Positions 1-14,859 of a DNA stretch of 64,000 nt are shown here, piece after piece. The notes beneath the pieces are model-generated. The model was given only the letters and a program-made list of their open reading frames with translations. It had not been told where the DNA came from and did no database searches. The position numbers were made by a program, and so were the translations under genes. Origin of the DNA: the human T2T-CHM13v2.0 reference genome, Homo sapiens; NCBI RefSeq assembly GCF_009914755.1, contig NC_060926.1. One strand, written 5' to 3'. Positions within the stretch are counted from its first letter, which is position 1, and each line of letters begins with the position of its first letter.

Positions 1-3000
1 TTGAGACACCTTATGTGTCCATGGGTAAGTTATCATATACCTTAGTTAAAACTTATTAATTTCATGTGGGAAGTTATCTGTGGTAGAATTTAAAAGCCAG
101 AAATATTGGCTGTCCTGGCTAGAGTCTGGTAATAAGAGATTTAAAAAGATTTTTTTTTAAGAAAAAAGAGCTCTATGGTTAAAATCAGTTTAGTTAAAAA
201 CTGATATACAAGCTATATGTATTTAAAAGGCCTTTATATTTTTTCTCTTCTTGAATTGCATTTTTCTGAAAATATTTTTTCTTCTCAGTACACTGAATTG
301 TTCTTCTCCGTTTTGTCTTCTTGCCACTCTTGATGCCCATATGAGAAAACCTAAGATAATTACTAACAGCCTGGGACTCCTGGGGAAAATCAGAGGCAGC
401 ACCACAAACCCCATTCTGGGAAAACCTCTGTTATTCTCACAGAAGCCCAGGAATTGAAAGAGAATATATCCCTCTCAAAATCTAAGGCTCTGTTCTGTTT
501 TGCATTGTATTAGCTGACAGTTTTGACTTTTGTGGGTATCAGAAATTACTCCGCATTACGAGAGAAACTTAGTGTGTAATAACTAGTTAGGAAATATACT
601 TTTGGGGATGGTTAATGGCAGTTATGGGGGGATACTCAGCTCTTTGATATTTCAGTTAGAGAAGCAAGCTCTTGGCCACCTAGAAAATATGGAAACATCC
701 CCAGCCCCCAATGAGAGATGAGACTATCATGGGGGATGGGCTGATTACATAATGGGCTGATTGGCTTTGCGTTGCCTTGAAACAAAATGCATGATAGAAG
801 CACTGCACTATCTTCTCCCGTAGTATTTCCCTCCTTTTTGGGGATCCGGTATTCAGTATAAAAGGGCACCCTTAATTTTGGGGATCTTTCTTCCAGCTGT
901 GCCTGCTTATTAGGCCCTAGAAACTGCATGCTTTCCTGGACCTGTTCCTCCAAGGGCTCCACCCTGAAGCCAGTAATCCAATTAAGAAACTGGCAAATGA
1001 GAAATCTTACAACTACTGGATCTTCTGAGTATTTATATGTGTTGTGTGTGTGATGTTTATATAAAAAAAGCTGGGCCAGGCGCAGTGGCTCACACCTGTG
1101 TTCTCAGCACTTTGGGAGGCTGAAGTGGGCAGATCACTTGAGGTCAGGAGTTCAAGACCAGCCTGGCCAACATGACGAAACCCTGTCTCTACTAAAAGTA
1201 CAAAAATTAGCTAGGCATAGTGGTGGGTGCCTGCAATCCCAGCTATTCAGGAGGCTGAGGCAGGAGAATCACTTCAACTCGAGAGGTGGAGGTTGTGGTG
1301 AGCCGAGATCATGTCATTGCACTCCAGCCTGAGTGACAAGAGCAAGTCTCCATCTCAAACAAACAAACAAACAAACAAAAAAACAACTGATTAATTGGCT
1401 TGGAAAAATAAGCACTAAATCAAATATTTTGTCAGAAAAATAGAAATTTAATGTATTTTGTTCACGTGACTTTAGTAATCTTTTAAAAATACAGTTTTAA
1501 AGATTATTGGTAAAATAAAATGTCTTCGAAATGTAGAAATTTAGAAATGTTCTAAATTAAGGTCAGATATCAGATTTGCTAAATGCTTTAAGGTCATAAA
1601 CTGCTTCCTTGACTTTTGAAAATTGTTCAATTTACCTACTTTGGAGCATTAGACTCTAGATAAGGCCTGGGAACATGTGGAGTTAGTCATTCCCCCGCTA
1701 GTTATGCTGGAAAGAGTCAGACCTTATCTTCACTTCGTCTGATAGCCTGGGCTCCACCCCTAGTACATAATTAAAATGGCTTACTTATCAGGTTTTTCAC
1801 CAAAAATAAAAGTTGCTAAGAGTTACATTGTAACATATAATCGAGACTACTGGAGAAACAGTTTTACATACAATGTGTAGGGAAAATAGAATGTGTTTTT
1901 GGTAAAAGATTACAAGAAGGCATGGGAATATGATTTTTGTTAAAGGGAATGTAATTTTGTCTAATTCAGAGGGTTTTAAAAATTGTCTTAACCTAAAAGA
2001 GTAGTGGGACAAAACTGAAGGTTTAAGCAAGGTGAAAGGGGTTTGTGAAGGGTTGGTCTTGTAAAGAAAGTTCAAGACCAACTTGAGCAACGGTTGAGCA
2101 AGTTGGCTAAGATTTGAAGGGGATTATTTAATTCTGAACATTAAAATGAAAGCACACTAACATAGGGGGCCATAATTGGGGCCCATGTGTCCAAACAACA
2201 GGGGTTTCTTAGAAAATTCATCTGCTGTTTAACAGAAAATTGTAAAGGGTTCTAAAAGGTTTATGAAAATTTTACTTTATGGTCACACTAATTGAAACTG
2301 TATAGATTTATAAAATTTTATTTAAAAACTAGCCTTAGCATTAAAAAGGCACTAATGCAAAAATAAAATTTGGTTTTCTCTTTTGAAAATATTTTTATGT
2401 AATATTAAAAGATAATGAAAGGTTTTTGTTTGCTCCTTTGGGTAAATGGCAGGGAAAAACGGGAGGTGAGAGAAGAGACAGACTTTGTTGGCTTCATGCT
2501 GCCCTCATTGGGTCTTGTTGTTTGGAAAGCTGAGTCTCCTACCAGAGTAAAGGTTTTTCTTTTTTTAAAATTTTTGAGGTACCATTTTAACTAAATGAAT
2601 GACTTACGGTGATGTGAGATTCTATTTTGTGATATCTAGTGTTTTACACCTCTGATATTTGATAAACCTTACAGGATCAAATTCTAAATTTAAAAAGTAA
2701 TTGATTAGGTTCCCTAAAGTCCAAAAAGACATTAGGCTTATTTAATGTATCAAAACCATACAGGAAACATTATTGAATATAAGATGGTGTTTAACTTTCT
2801 TTGGGTTATATTCATATAAATATGTTATTAGTATGTGTTACAAAATTGTATAAGATTCCTATAATTCTAATATGGTTCAGTATATATTGTCAGTAAGAAT
2901 TATAATTGTTATGTTAAATTATTGTGTGCCACAGAAGTAACAAATTTCCTTGTCAATTGTGTCTTTGACTGTGGCTGCCCTAAAATGTTTTTGTCATCCA

Positions 3001-3330
3001 CAGACAATTGTTGTCCCATTTTGGTCCTCTTGAGAAGATGGTTTTATAATCAGTTACAAAACTTTTGACAGGTGCTCTTAAATGCAAGTTTCTGTTAACT
3101 TTGGAGATTATGACATTAGAATAAAGGAAAAAAACTGTCAGGACTCTCATGGAGAGCTGAAATGTTCATGAATATCAAGTAGAATAGGAGTTAAATGAAT
3201 GGACTGAACTAATAGAAAATTGAACTAATATTTTTTTTGCTTTTTTTGCTCAAAATGCTGGCGATCCTTTTTTGTTTTCCAGAGCCAAGAAAACTTTTCT
3301 ATTTACAGCTTTTTTTTTGGAAACGCTTTT
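1..3330 (+). mobile_element. ERV1 MER4-group internal region (degenerate, non-coding), interrupted by an Alu
   Basis: AT-rich sequence resembling MER4-group internal regions and running directly into an LTR8-like segment. No intact gag/pol ORF. Left end lies outside the window. Confidence 0.55.
1074..1386 (+). mobile_element. Alu (AluS-type)
   Basis: GGCCAGGCGCAGTGGCTCAC start, two arms, GAGTTCAAGACCAGCCTGGCCAAC, (CAAA)n tail. Confidence 0.95.
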
Positions 3331-3334
3331 TTTT

Positions 3335-3946
<612 letters not shown>

Positions 3947-4258
3947 AAAAAAACAAACAAACAAAGAAGACCAAAAAAAAAAATCTGCTTATTCTAAGGT
4001 CAAGGAGATAGTCTTTCAGAAGCCTTATTGCTTGCCTTTCGTATTTAGAATTACAATCCATCTGAAATTTATTTTGTGTATAGTGTGACAGTTGAAAATA
4101 TGTCATTGTGTTGTCTTTTGGCTACCATAGTTTCTTGACAAGAGGTCCATTATAGTCTTTTTTTTTTTTCCTATGTGTAATGTGTTTTTTTACTCAGGCT
4201 GCCTTGGAGATTTTCTCTTTGTCTTAGATTTTAATATATGTTTAAATATGATGTGCTT

Positions 4259-4261
<3 letters not shown>

Positions 4262-4292
<31 letters not shown>
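4262..4292. repeat. (TG)n microsatellite
   Basis: About 15 uninterrupted GT units. Confidence 0.95.
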
Positions 4293-4294
<2 letters not shown>

Positions 4295-4734
4295 TTCACA
4301 CTCCCACCCTGTCCCTGTAGGCCTGCTTGCTTCAAGGTGGTCGGGGACAGGCATGTTCCATGGTTCTGACTGAGATCTTAGGGATCCTGCCTGCCTTGGT
4401 TCTGGGTCCAGCATGTCTTCCTGTCTCACCACGGATGGAGGACTTTTTCCATTCCCTTGACCAGGCTGCAGTAGGGCTTCACCAGTACCATAAAGGCCAC
4501 GGACTGTGTTGCCCTTCCCCTGGAAGGCAAAGCTTTTGCTCTGTGGCAGGAACAGGGTGAGGGAGCAGGGCAGGTTCTGGGCATTTCCCTTGGTGGCCGC
4601 ATCACCAGGATCCCTTCCTCAGGACTCTATCACAGTTGTGTGAGCACCCAAGTGGAAGGAGGTGGAGAGAGCCTGCAAAGTAGGTCCAAATCCTTCCTAA
4701 ATCTGCCTGCTCTGGCTAACCCACACTAAGCCTT

Positions 4735-5250
4735 GTTGGGCAAAAATTTTAGAAGGCCACTGTTTTGAACTAAACTCATGTACAAGTCCCCAGCAGTCCA
4801 CGCTGAAAATCAACATGGAATCACTCATGCTAAAGCTCCATATCACCAAACCCAAACTAAGTTGTTATCTGACCCTCCAAGAAATTGGAGAGAGATAACA
4901 GCCAGTTTTCTGAATAAGCCAGTCTCAATCTCCAGTGGGTGTGACAATGAGGTTTCCTTTCCATTAATCCTCACACAAAAGAAGCAGAACCTGATGGTCA
5001 CTGATTAGTTATTTTCCTATTGTCCTGACTCCCTGTTCTCCTTTTACAAGAAAAGTAGCTTTAAGATGACTGATACACTCTTTGTTCTTTGTTTCTGCTT
5101 TCTTCAACCCTTTGTCTGTTTATAAAACCAAACTCAGCTCATTGGAACACATCCTATTTCATGGAATGGAGTGTTGCCCAATCCTATAGTCACAATAAAG
5201 CCAATTGACACCTTGAAGTTAAATGTACTGTAATTTTGTCCTTTGCCCAC
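4735..5250 (+). mobile_element. Solo ERV1 LTR (MER34/MER39-like)
   Basis: TG...CA ends, AAACTAAGTTGTTATCTGACC motif, TATAAAA and AATAAA in LTR order. Confidence 0.55.
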
Positions 5251-5459
5251 TGTTAGCAATGCATCATGTATTTTAGCAGAATCCTTACCAGTATCCTGGG
5301 GCCTCTGACGCAGGTAAGCAAGTATCTGTGTCTGTCTGTCCTGGGAAGTGACTGTATTTCCTGTAATACCCGGTTATTTGGCTGCCCTCCAATCTCAAAT
5401 CTCAGATGGGTTCAGGAAAAGTTGTGAAGTTGTAGATTGCTCTGAGTTTGTTTTGTTGT

Positions 5460-6163
5460 TGTCAACTGAAGAATCATGAGGTTCATACATTTGGAAAGGA
5501 GGGCTTTATTTCTCACAAAGGGTTGCAGCCTGCAGGCTAGCCACGCAGTAGGTTTGGAAGCATGGCCTCTGGCAGAGACCATAATAAGCAGGCACTTTGA
5601 GAAAGGAACGAGTGGAACAGGAATGTATACCCAACGGGTTGGCTAAGTGTACTTATTTATCAGGTTACAGGAGGAGCTATGAATATTCACAAGGTGGGGC
5701 GTGTGCATAGTTAAGAACACATGCGTGTTACATACATCCCATGTTCACTTTGGGCGGAGACTTAACACTCGATGCAGTAAACATTAACTTAATGTTTAAA
5801 TGCAGTAAAATTAGGCTCTATATGTCAACAGGTAAAACAGAGGACAGAGGCATCCTGTGCTCAGTCTCTGTAAACCAGCCAGATCCAGTCCACTTCGGGT
5901 CGGTGGTCTCTTAGCAGAGGGAATGCTGGTCAGTTGTTGTGTAAATCAACAGTGGAGCAAGTCTCTCCAAAGGGCTGGGTTTGGTTTAACCCTTAGGAAG
6001 GGAAGTCTAATGGTGGTTAGCAAGGTGGCGTACAGCAAGGCGTGCTGACCTCCCTTCCTGTCCTGGCCCAGAACTCAGTTTTTAAGGTTTCTCTGAGGTC
6101 CCCTTGACAAGCGGGGGTCCATTCAGTTAGCTGAGAGCCTTGGGATTTTATTTTTATTTCTCA
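5460..6163 (-). mobile_element. Solo ERV1 MER4-group LTR
   Basis: Minus strand starts TGAGAAATAAAAATAAAATCCCAAG...GGACCCCC and ends ...CTTCAGTTGACA, as in MER4-group LTRs; subfamily uncertain. Confidence 0.65.
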
Positions 6164-6687
6164 CTGTTGTTGCTGTGGCTCTTATAAGGGGTGGAGGTGA
6201 GGGGTGGGGAGTGGGAAAACTGCTCTTTCCAGCCTCCTATATCCCTAGCGGAGCCAGGAGTCCACATCGTTTTTGCATACTTTTTCTTTTCTTTGAGTTT
6301 TAACTATCATTTTTGTTTTTTTAATCATACCTATTTTATATTCTTTTTCAGTTTGTCATCCTCTTAAGTACTGGGGGTTCTAAACCTGCTGTCTCCATGT
6401 GATCACTAAAACTCTTGGTGTTCATGGCGGGTCATCTATAACCACTTTGGTTTTCAGTTTCCACTTTATTCTTCAAATCTGATAATGTTTGTGATATTGT
6501 ATCTAGATTTTCTAGAATTTATAGAGAGACAGTATTTCAGTAAAATAGATTATTCTATTGCAGAACCCAGAAGTCCCAGAAAATAGTGTTCAACCTATCA
6601 AGTGTGAGGGGAGATTAATAGATAATTAATAGATAGTTTACATCTCATGCATTCTTTCTTAGGAATTCTTGAGGATATTCTCTAACG

Positions 6688-7029
6688 CAGGGGTCCCCAG
6701 CTCCTGAGGCATGGGCCAGTACCAGTCTGTGGCCTGTTAGGAACCAGGCCACACAGCAGGAGGTAAATGGCAGGCAAGTGAGCATTACTGCCTGAGGTCT
6801 GCCTCCTGTTAGATCAGCAGGGCATTAGATTCTCATAGGAGTGTGAACCCTATTATGAGCTGTGCAAGCGAGGGATCTAGGTTGCAATCTCCTTATAAGA
6901 ATCCAATGCCTGATGATCTGAGGTGGAACAGTTTCATCCTGAAACAATCCCCCAACCCCCATCTCAGTCCGTGGAAAAATTATCTTCCACAAAATTGGTC
7001 CCTGATGCCAAAAAGGTTAGGGGCCACTT
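6688..7029 (+). mobile_element. MER1B hAT-Charlie DNA transposon (non-autonomous)
   Basis: CAGGGGTCCCCA terminal, GGCCTGTTAGGAACC, ATTAGATTCTCATAGGAG, GATGATCTGAGGTGGAACAGTTTCATCC; 8-bp TSD CTCTAAC(G/C). Confidence 0.9.
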
Positions 7030-7765
7030 CTCTAACCAGATGAGGGAATAAACCAAGAAAGAGGAAGGAAACAGGGGCTCTACCCCAGAAGAGCATTAAG
7101 AAGTCCAAAGGTGACGGTAGTGGACCCGCCTGGAGAGAAAGTCAGGGGCAATCTGAAGTAGGAATGGATGGTCTCCCCAGGGAGGTCTCTAGGGGAGAGG
7201 AAGGACCTCACAAATAAATTTTATGATATAGTGCTTGAAAAAGAATTGAAGTTATAATAAAGGCAAATAATGTAAGAAAAAGGGAGACAATAAGGACTTC
7301 CAGGGAAAAAAAAGAAGTCCAGAAATTCATGGTTTAAAGAAAAGGTAAGCACAAAGTAAGGCTGCTGACATCCAGCTCACAAGCCCAGAGCTTAACCCTG
7401 TTGCCAGTGTGGTTAGGAATGCAAGCAGAGATTTAAGTCAATTGTGCAATGTTATCCAGCTAACCAATTGAAGAACAAAAATCCAATGGTGCAATATCAC
7501 GATGGGAGAAGAGGAAGTGAGGAGTGGCGGGGTTCAAGGGGTGGGTACTACACCCTTGTTATAATTTCAGGTAACTGCCTGGGTTCAGAGTCAAGAACTA
7601 GAGGTGAGTAGAAAGGGAAACAGACACAGTGGGAGTGGCCCGAGTGGGAGGCTGCAGGGAAGTGCAGGCTGCCACTTCCATACTAGGCGCTCTCTTGTAG
7701 TTCATGCATTGCCTTGGACGTATATTACTTTCATAAAAATAAAAATGTAGAAAAACCCCATAGTG

Positions 7766-8091
7766 GGCCGGGCGTGGTAGCTCATGCCTGTAATCCCAGC
7801 ACTTTGAGAGACCGAGGCAGGCAGATCACGAGGTAAGGAGATCAAGACCATCCTGGCTAAGACGGTGAAACCCCCGTCTCTACTGAAAATACAAAAAATC
7901 AGACAGAGGTGGTGGCGGGCACCTGTAGTCCCAGCTACTCGGGAGGCTGAGGCAGGAGAATGGCGGGAACTCGGGAGGTGGAGCTTGTAGTTGAGCCGAG
8001 ATCACCCCAATGCACTCCAGCCTGGGCTACAGAGCGAGACTCTGTCTCAAAAAAACAAAACAAAACAAAAAAACCCAAAAACAACAACAAC
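7766..8091 (+). mobile_element. Alu (AluY-like)
   Basis: ACCATCCTGGCTAA, GAATGGCG, GGAGCTTG diagnostics; TSD AAAAACCCCATA. Confidence 0.95.
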
Positions 8092-8607
8092 AAAAACCCC
8101 ATACTGTGCAATCCATCAACAGTATTCCCATAGTTACTGTGCATAACACAATGTTACAAAGATAAAGATCCAGAAGCAGAAATAGTGAAAACAAGAGAAG
8201 GAAGGAGAGATTTGTTGTGGAAGTAGGGTTGAGAAGATAAAAGGACAGAGCAACAGGAGGAAAGACAAGCCCTACTGGAGACTGCCGGAGAGAGCCGAGC
8301 AGGGGGTGATGCAGAGGATGGAGTTGCCTCAAATTCAGGGAAACACTTGGTTGCTTGAGTGTTTTAGGCGCTGGTGAGCCCAGTTTTATATCTGAAAGTG
8401 GATTCGATAAGTGCTTTCAGAGGCTGGAAGCCTGAGCAACCTGGATGCCCAGCCATCCTCTAGCTGGATGCTTGACAGCTCTCAGGTGGATCAGGGTGAA
8501 ATCTCCATCTTCAGTTTCTAACGATCATAACAAAAATCCAAAAGGTGTATAAAGTAGCCTGCCCCCACTCCTGCAAAACCTTAGGAGTGGCACAATGTAT
8601 ATTTTTA

Positions 8608-8920
8608 TTTTATTATTTTTATTTATTTTTTATTTTTTTGAGACAGAGTCTCGCTCTGTCGCCCAGGCTGGACTGCAGTGGCACAATCTTGGCTCACTGC
8701 AAGCTCCGCCTCCTGGGTTCACGCCATTCTCCTGCCTCAACATCCTGAGTAGCTGGGACTACAGGCGCCTGCCACCATGCCTGGCCAATTTTTTGTATTT
8801 TTAGTAGAGACGGGGTTTCACCGTGTTAGCCAGGATGGTCTTGATCTTCAGACCTCGTGATCCGCCTGCCTCGGCCTCCCAAAGTGCTGGGATTACAGGT
8901 GTGAGCCACCGCGCCCGGCT
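8608..8920 (-). mobile_element. Alu (AluY-like)
   Basis: Reverse Alu with T-rich tail; GCAAGCTCCGCC, CACGCCATTCTCC; TSD ATGTATATTTTTA. Confidence 0.95.
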
Positions 8921-10291
8921 GCCCATGTATATTTTTAAAAGAATTCCGCTTCAAAAAAAAAAAATGAAGAAAAGAAAAAAACTAAAATAAAAGCATCGCA
9001 GAATGTGTCTTAAAAGGAAAAATTCTGCCAAGTTCTCTTTAACCTTTAATCTCAAAATACTCAGATAATTTAATGAGGCGAGAATAGCACTTAGATATTT
9101 TTCTCCCTTGACATAACTCTTCGGTAGTTAGGAATAATAATATCAATGATCTAGAGCTATTTTTCTCAAAAGCCTATCATCTGTCAAAACGCATCTGGCA
9201 GAGCCTTGGGGGAGAGGGAGGATGAGGAAGGGAGAGGAAGGAGAGCCCCAGCCCATCAGCAGCCTAAGTGCAGGGTGTTCTACTCTCTGCTGTTTAAGAA
9301 CTTTAAACTTCAGAAGAGGTGGCAAGTAGCAGAGAATAATGGGAGCTACTTAAGTACCTGCTGAGAGAACAAATGTATTGCTGTAAATTATTTAATGAAT
9401 TGCTTTGTTCTAAGAAACGGCTTTGGGAAGTGGGGTGCTGCAAATGGGTGAGAGGAGCGGATTGCAACGCAGCTGAGAGTCTCATAAAACACTCAGGTCG
9501 CTTTAGTAAAGGGAAGGAGCAAGCAGGTGGCAGCAAACAGTGAGCTGCATAACTAAAGAAGAAGAAAGTAACATTTACTGAGCACCACGTGTGTGCAGCA
9601 CTGTGCTTGGCTTAAGCAAGTGGCTCAGCTGTCTGCTCCCTGGCTGACGAGTCCCCTGGTGGGAGGAAAAAACATCAAAGTGGAAGGAAAGGCAGGCACC
9701 TTGAGTTCAGCCTCAGCTCTGCCCTAACGTTATAACTACCGTGATGGTGTTGATGAAAACAGTTGAACTCTGTAAAATATTTAAGGAGATTTATTCTGAG
9801 CCAAACATGAGGACCAAGACTTCTGACACAGCCTAAGGAGGTCCTGAGAACGTGTGCCCAATGTATACCTCATATGTATTGATTGATGCCTTATGTCTCC
9901 CTAAAATATATAAAACCAAGCTATAACCCATGGAGACATAAGACTTCAATCAATCCGTGTGAGGTATACATTCGGTCCTGAAAGGTGGGACAACTGGAAG
10001 GCGGGTGGGGTGGGGGCTCACAGGTGGATTCAAAGATTTTCTGATCAGCAGTTGGTTGAAAGAGTTATTATCTAAAGAGTTGAAGTCAGCAGAAAGAAAT
10101 GCTTGGGGTTAAGATAAGGCGGCGGTTATGGAAGCCAAGCTTCTTGTTACATAGGTGAAATCTCTAGGTGAACTCCGTTAGAGGCAATAAATAGCAAATG
10201 TTTCCTGTTCAGACCTTTAAAAGGTGCTAGACTCTCAGCTAATCTCTTCAGGACTGCGAGGGCCTGGAAGGGGAAAGATCTAGTTATGTGA

Positions 10292-10610
<319 letters not shown>

Positions 10611-10909
10611 GAAGATTCTTTACAGATGAAAATTTTTCCCACAAGAGACAGCTTTGCAGGGTCGTTTCAAAATATGTCAAAGAAATATATTTGGGGGTAA
10701 AATGCTTTGATTTCCTTCAGGGCCTGCTATCTGTCATGTGATGTTATACCACAGTCATGCTGGAATTCAGTATCTTATTGCTACAAAATCTGTTGTGTCA
10801 GTCTTAGGATCTCTAGTTTAATGTTAATGCTGGTCATCTGTATGTATGCTCCAAAGGGAAGAGGGCATATAAGGAGGCATGTCTAATCTCCCTTCCCATC
10901 GTGGAATGA

Positions 10910-11303
<394 letters not shown>

Positions 11304-12021
11304 GGGATTAGGTTTTTATTTTTGGTTTACAATGGTAACAGCAAACATCATGGTTATGCATATGGAAAGCTTGCTGTTGACTAGATACAGTTAAAAGTGC
11401 TTTGTGTACATCAACTCATCTAGGCTTCACAACTGCATGAGGGAGGCACTGTCATGACCCCGGTTTGCAGATGAAGGACCTGTAAACTACTGTTAGAGTA
11501 GGTAGCTAGGTAGACATGAGCAGGGCAGGAGAGGGTCCCCCCAACCCTGCCAAGGAATGTTGGTGGGTGACCATAAGGTGATGGTCAGGTAGTTGTTAAA
11601 CTGTCTCTCTAAAACAATAATTGGTCGCAGCTGGCACCAGGGAAAGGCACTCTCCCAATGGATAGAAAACACCTGAAGCTGTGATCAAGCCACTTCCCAA
11701 TAAGATTTCAAGAGTTGGGCAAGTGGACTCAAGCATGTGCATTAAGAGGCAAAACGGTGGAATTTAACCGATATATGACCTTCCTCTAGGAACACTTGAC
11801 TGGGAAGGGAAAAGTGCCTCAAATGAGCATGCACACAACTTCAGTAAACACATTGCACATACGGCCCTTCCCAAGTGCTGGCAGGCCACTGTGCATGTGG
11901 ACAACCTACCTCAAGGGAAGAATCAGGGGAGAAGCAATGCAAATCCTGGAATCATGCAATGTAGACAACCCCAAGTTGAGGGCCGAACAGCACACTTGGA
12001 TCGCTTAGGTCACCTGTTTGA

Positions 12022-12680
<659 letters not shown>

Positions 12681-13075
12681 CCTGCTCTAAAACTTTTTAA
12701 TAAACTTTCTCTACTGCTCTAAAACTTGCTTCAATTTCTCTCACTCTGCCTTATGCCCCTTAGAGAAATTCTTCCCTTCAGGAGGCAAGAATCGAGTTGC
12801 TGCAGACCCATATGGATTTGCCACTACCAACACTACTAGCCATGAATATAAACAAGCCACCTCATTTCGTTTAAGAAATGTCCTGTGCCTTTGTATGAGA
12901 TCAGATTTTGTACAAGATAAAACTGTGCATCACGATGCATCTAATCTAATCTTCCCAAGTGTCCTCCAACGAGTGGCCCACCTGGGAATTCATAACTACC
13001 TATATGGGGAGCATCTTCTCTCATGTGTCAACACAACCTGCAAAATTAGCCACTTTTTAAGAAAAAAGTAATCCT

Positions 13076-13399
<324 letters not shown>

Positions 13400-13456
13400 T
13401 TAGTGTTTTTTCCACACTGCTCCTGCTTATAACTAAAGTTTTGTGGGCCTTCTCCT

Positions 13457-13746
<290 letters not shown>

Positions 13747-14236
13747 TTTTTTTTTTTTTCAGCTGCCAAAGACTTCCAGAGTTTAAAAGAACGCTGGAGA
13801 CCATCCACGGAAGAGTATGACCCACACGCTCAGGGATAAGTACAGGTCCAGATGTAGTTTGAAACTGAGGAGAGTTGACAGAGGGGATGGAAAGAGAGCA
13901 AAGTAGAGCCAGCCAGTATGCTGGCCGAGTACCCCCTGGGGGGCTTCTGAACGGGACCAGGAGCAGTACCCAGTCTCTGGTCTTGTTGCTTCCGGCATCT
14001 CTGGAAGTGATGACATGCCTCTGCCATATGGGTAGCTTCAGCTGGGTTGAATCAAGTCTACTTTCCTCTCTACCTTCATTCAGATATTACTGGCCATGGT
14101 TCTTACTCCTTTATAGGGTTTGCTTTTGAAGCCATGGTCCTAATGGCTCAGTCTCAGGGAGACTGGATCAAAGAAACTCAGCCTCAGCAACAGAAAAGAA
14201 AGTTCAACATAAATTATTGTGTTTTTAGCTCTGTAA

Positions 14237-14859
<623 letters not shown>

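Noticed and set aside
2078-2106. Small imperfect hairpin CCAACTTG...CAAGTTGG
   Set aside because: An 8-bp stem is within chance expectation for 64 kb
5772-5810. 10-bp-arm palindrome TAAACATTAA-C-TTAATGTTTA with flanking ATGCAGTAAA duplication
   Set aside because: Short, AT-rich and inside an old LTR; likely a trivial micro template switch with no sign of function
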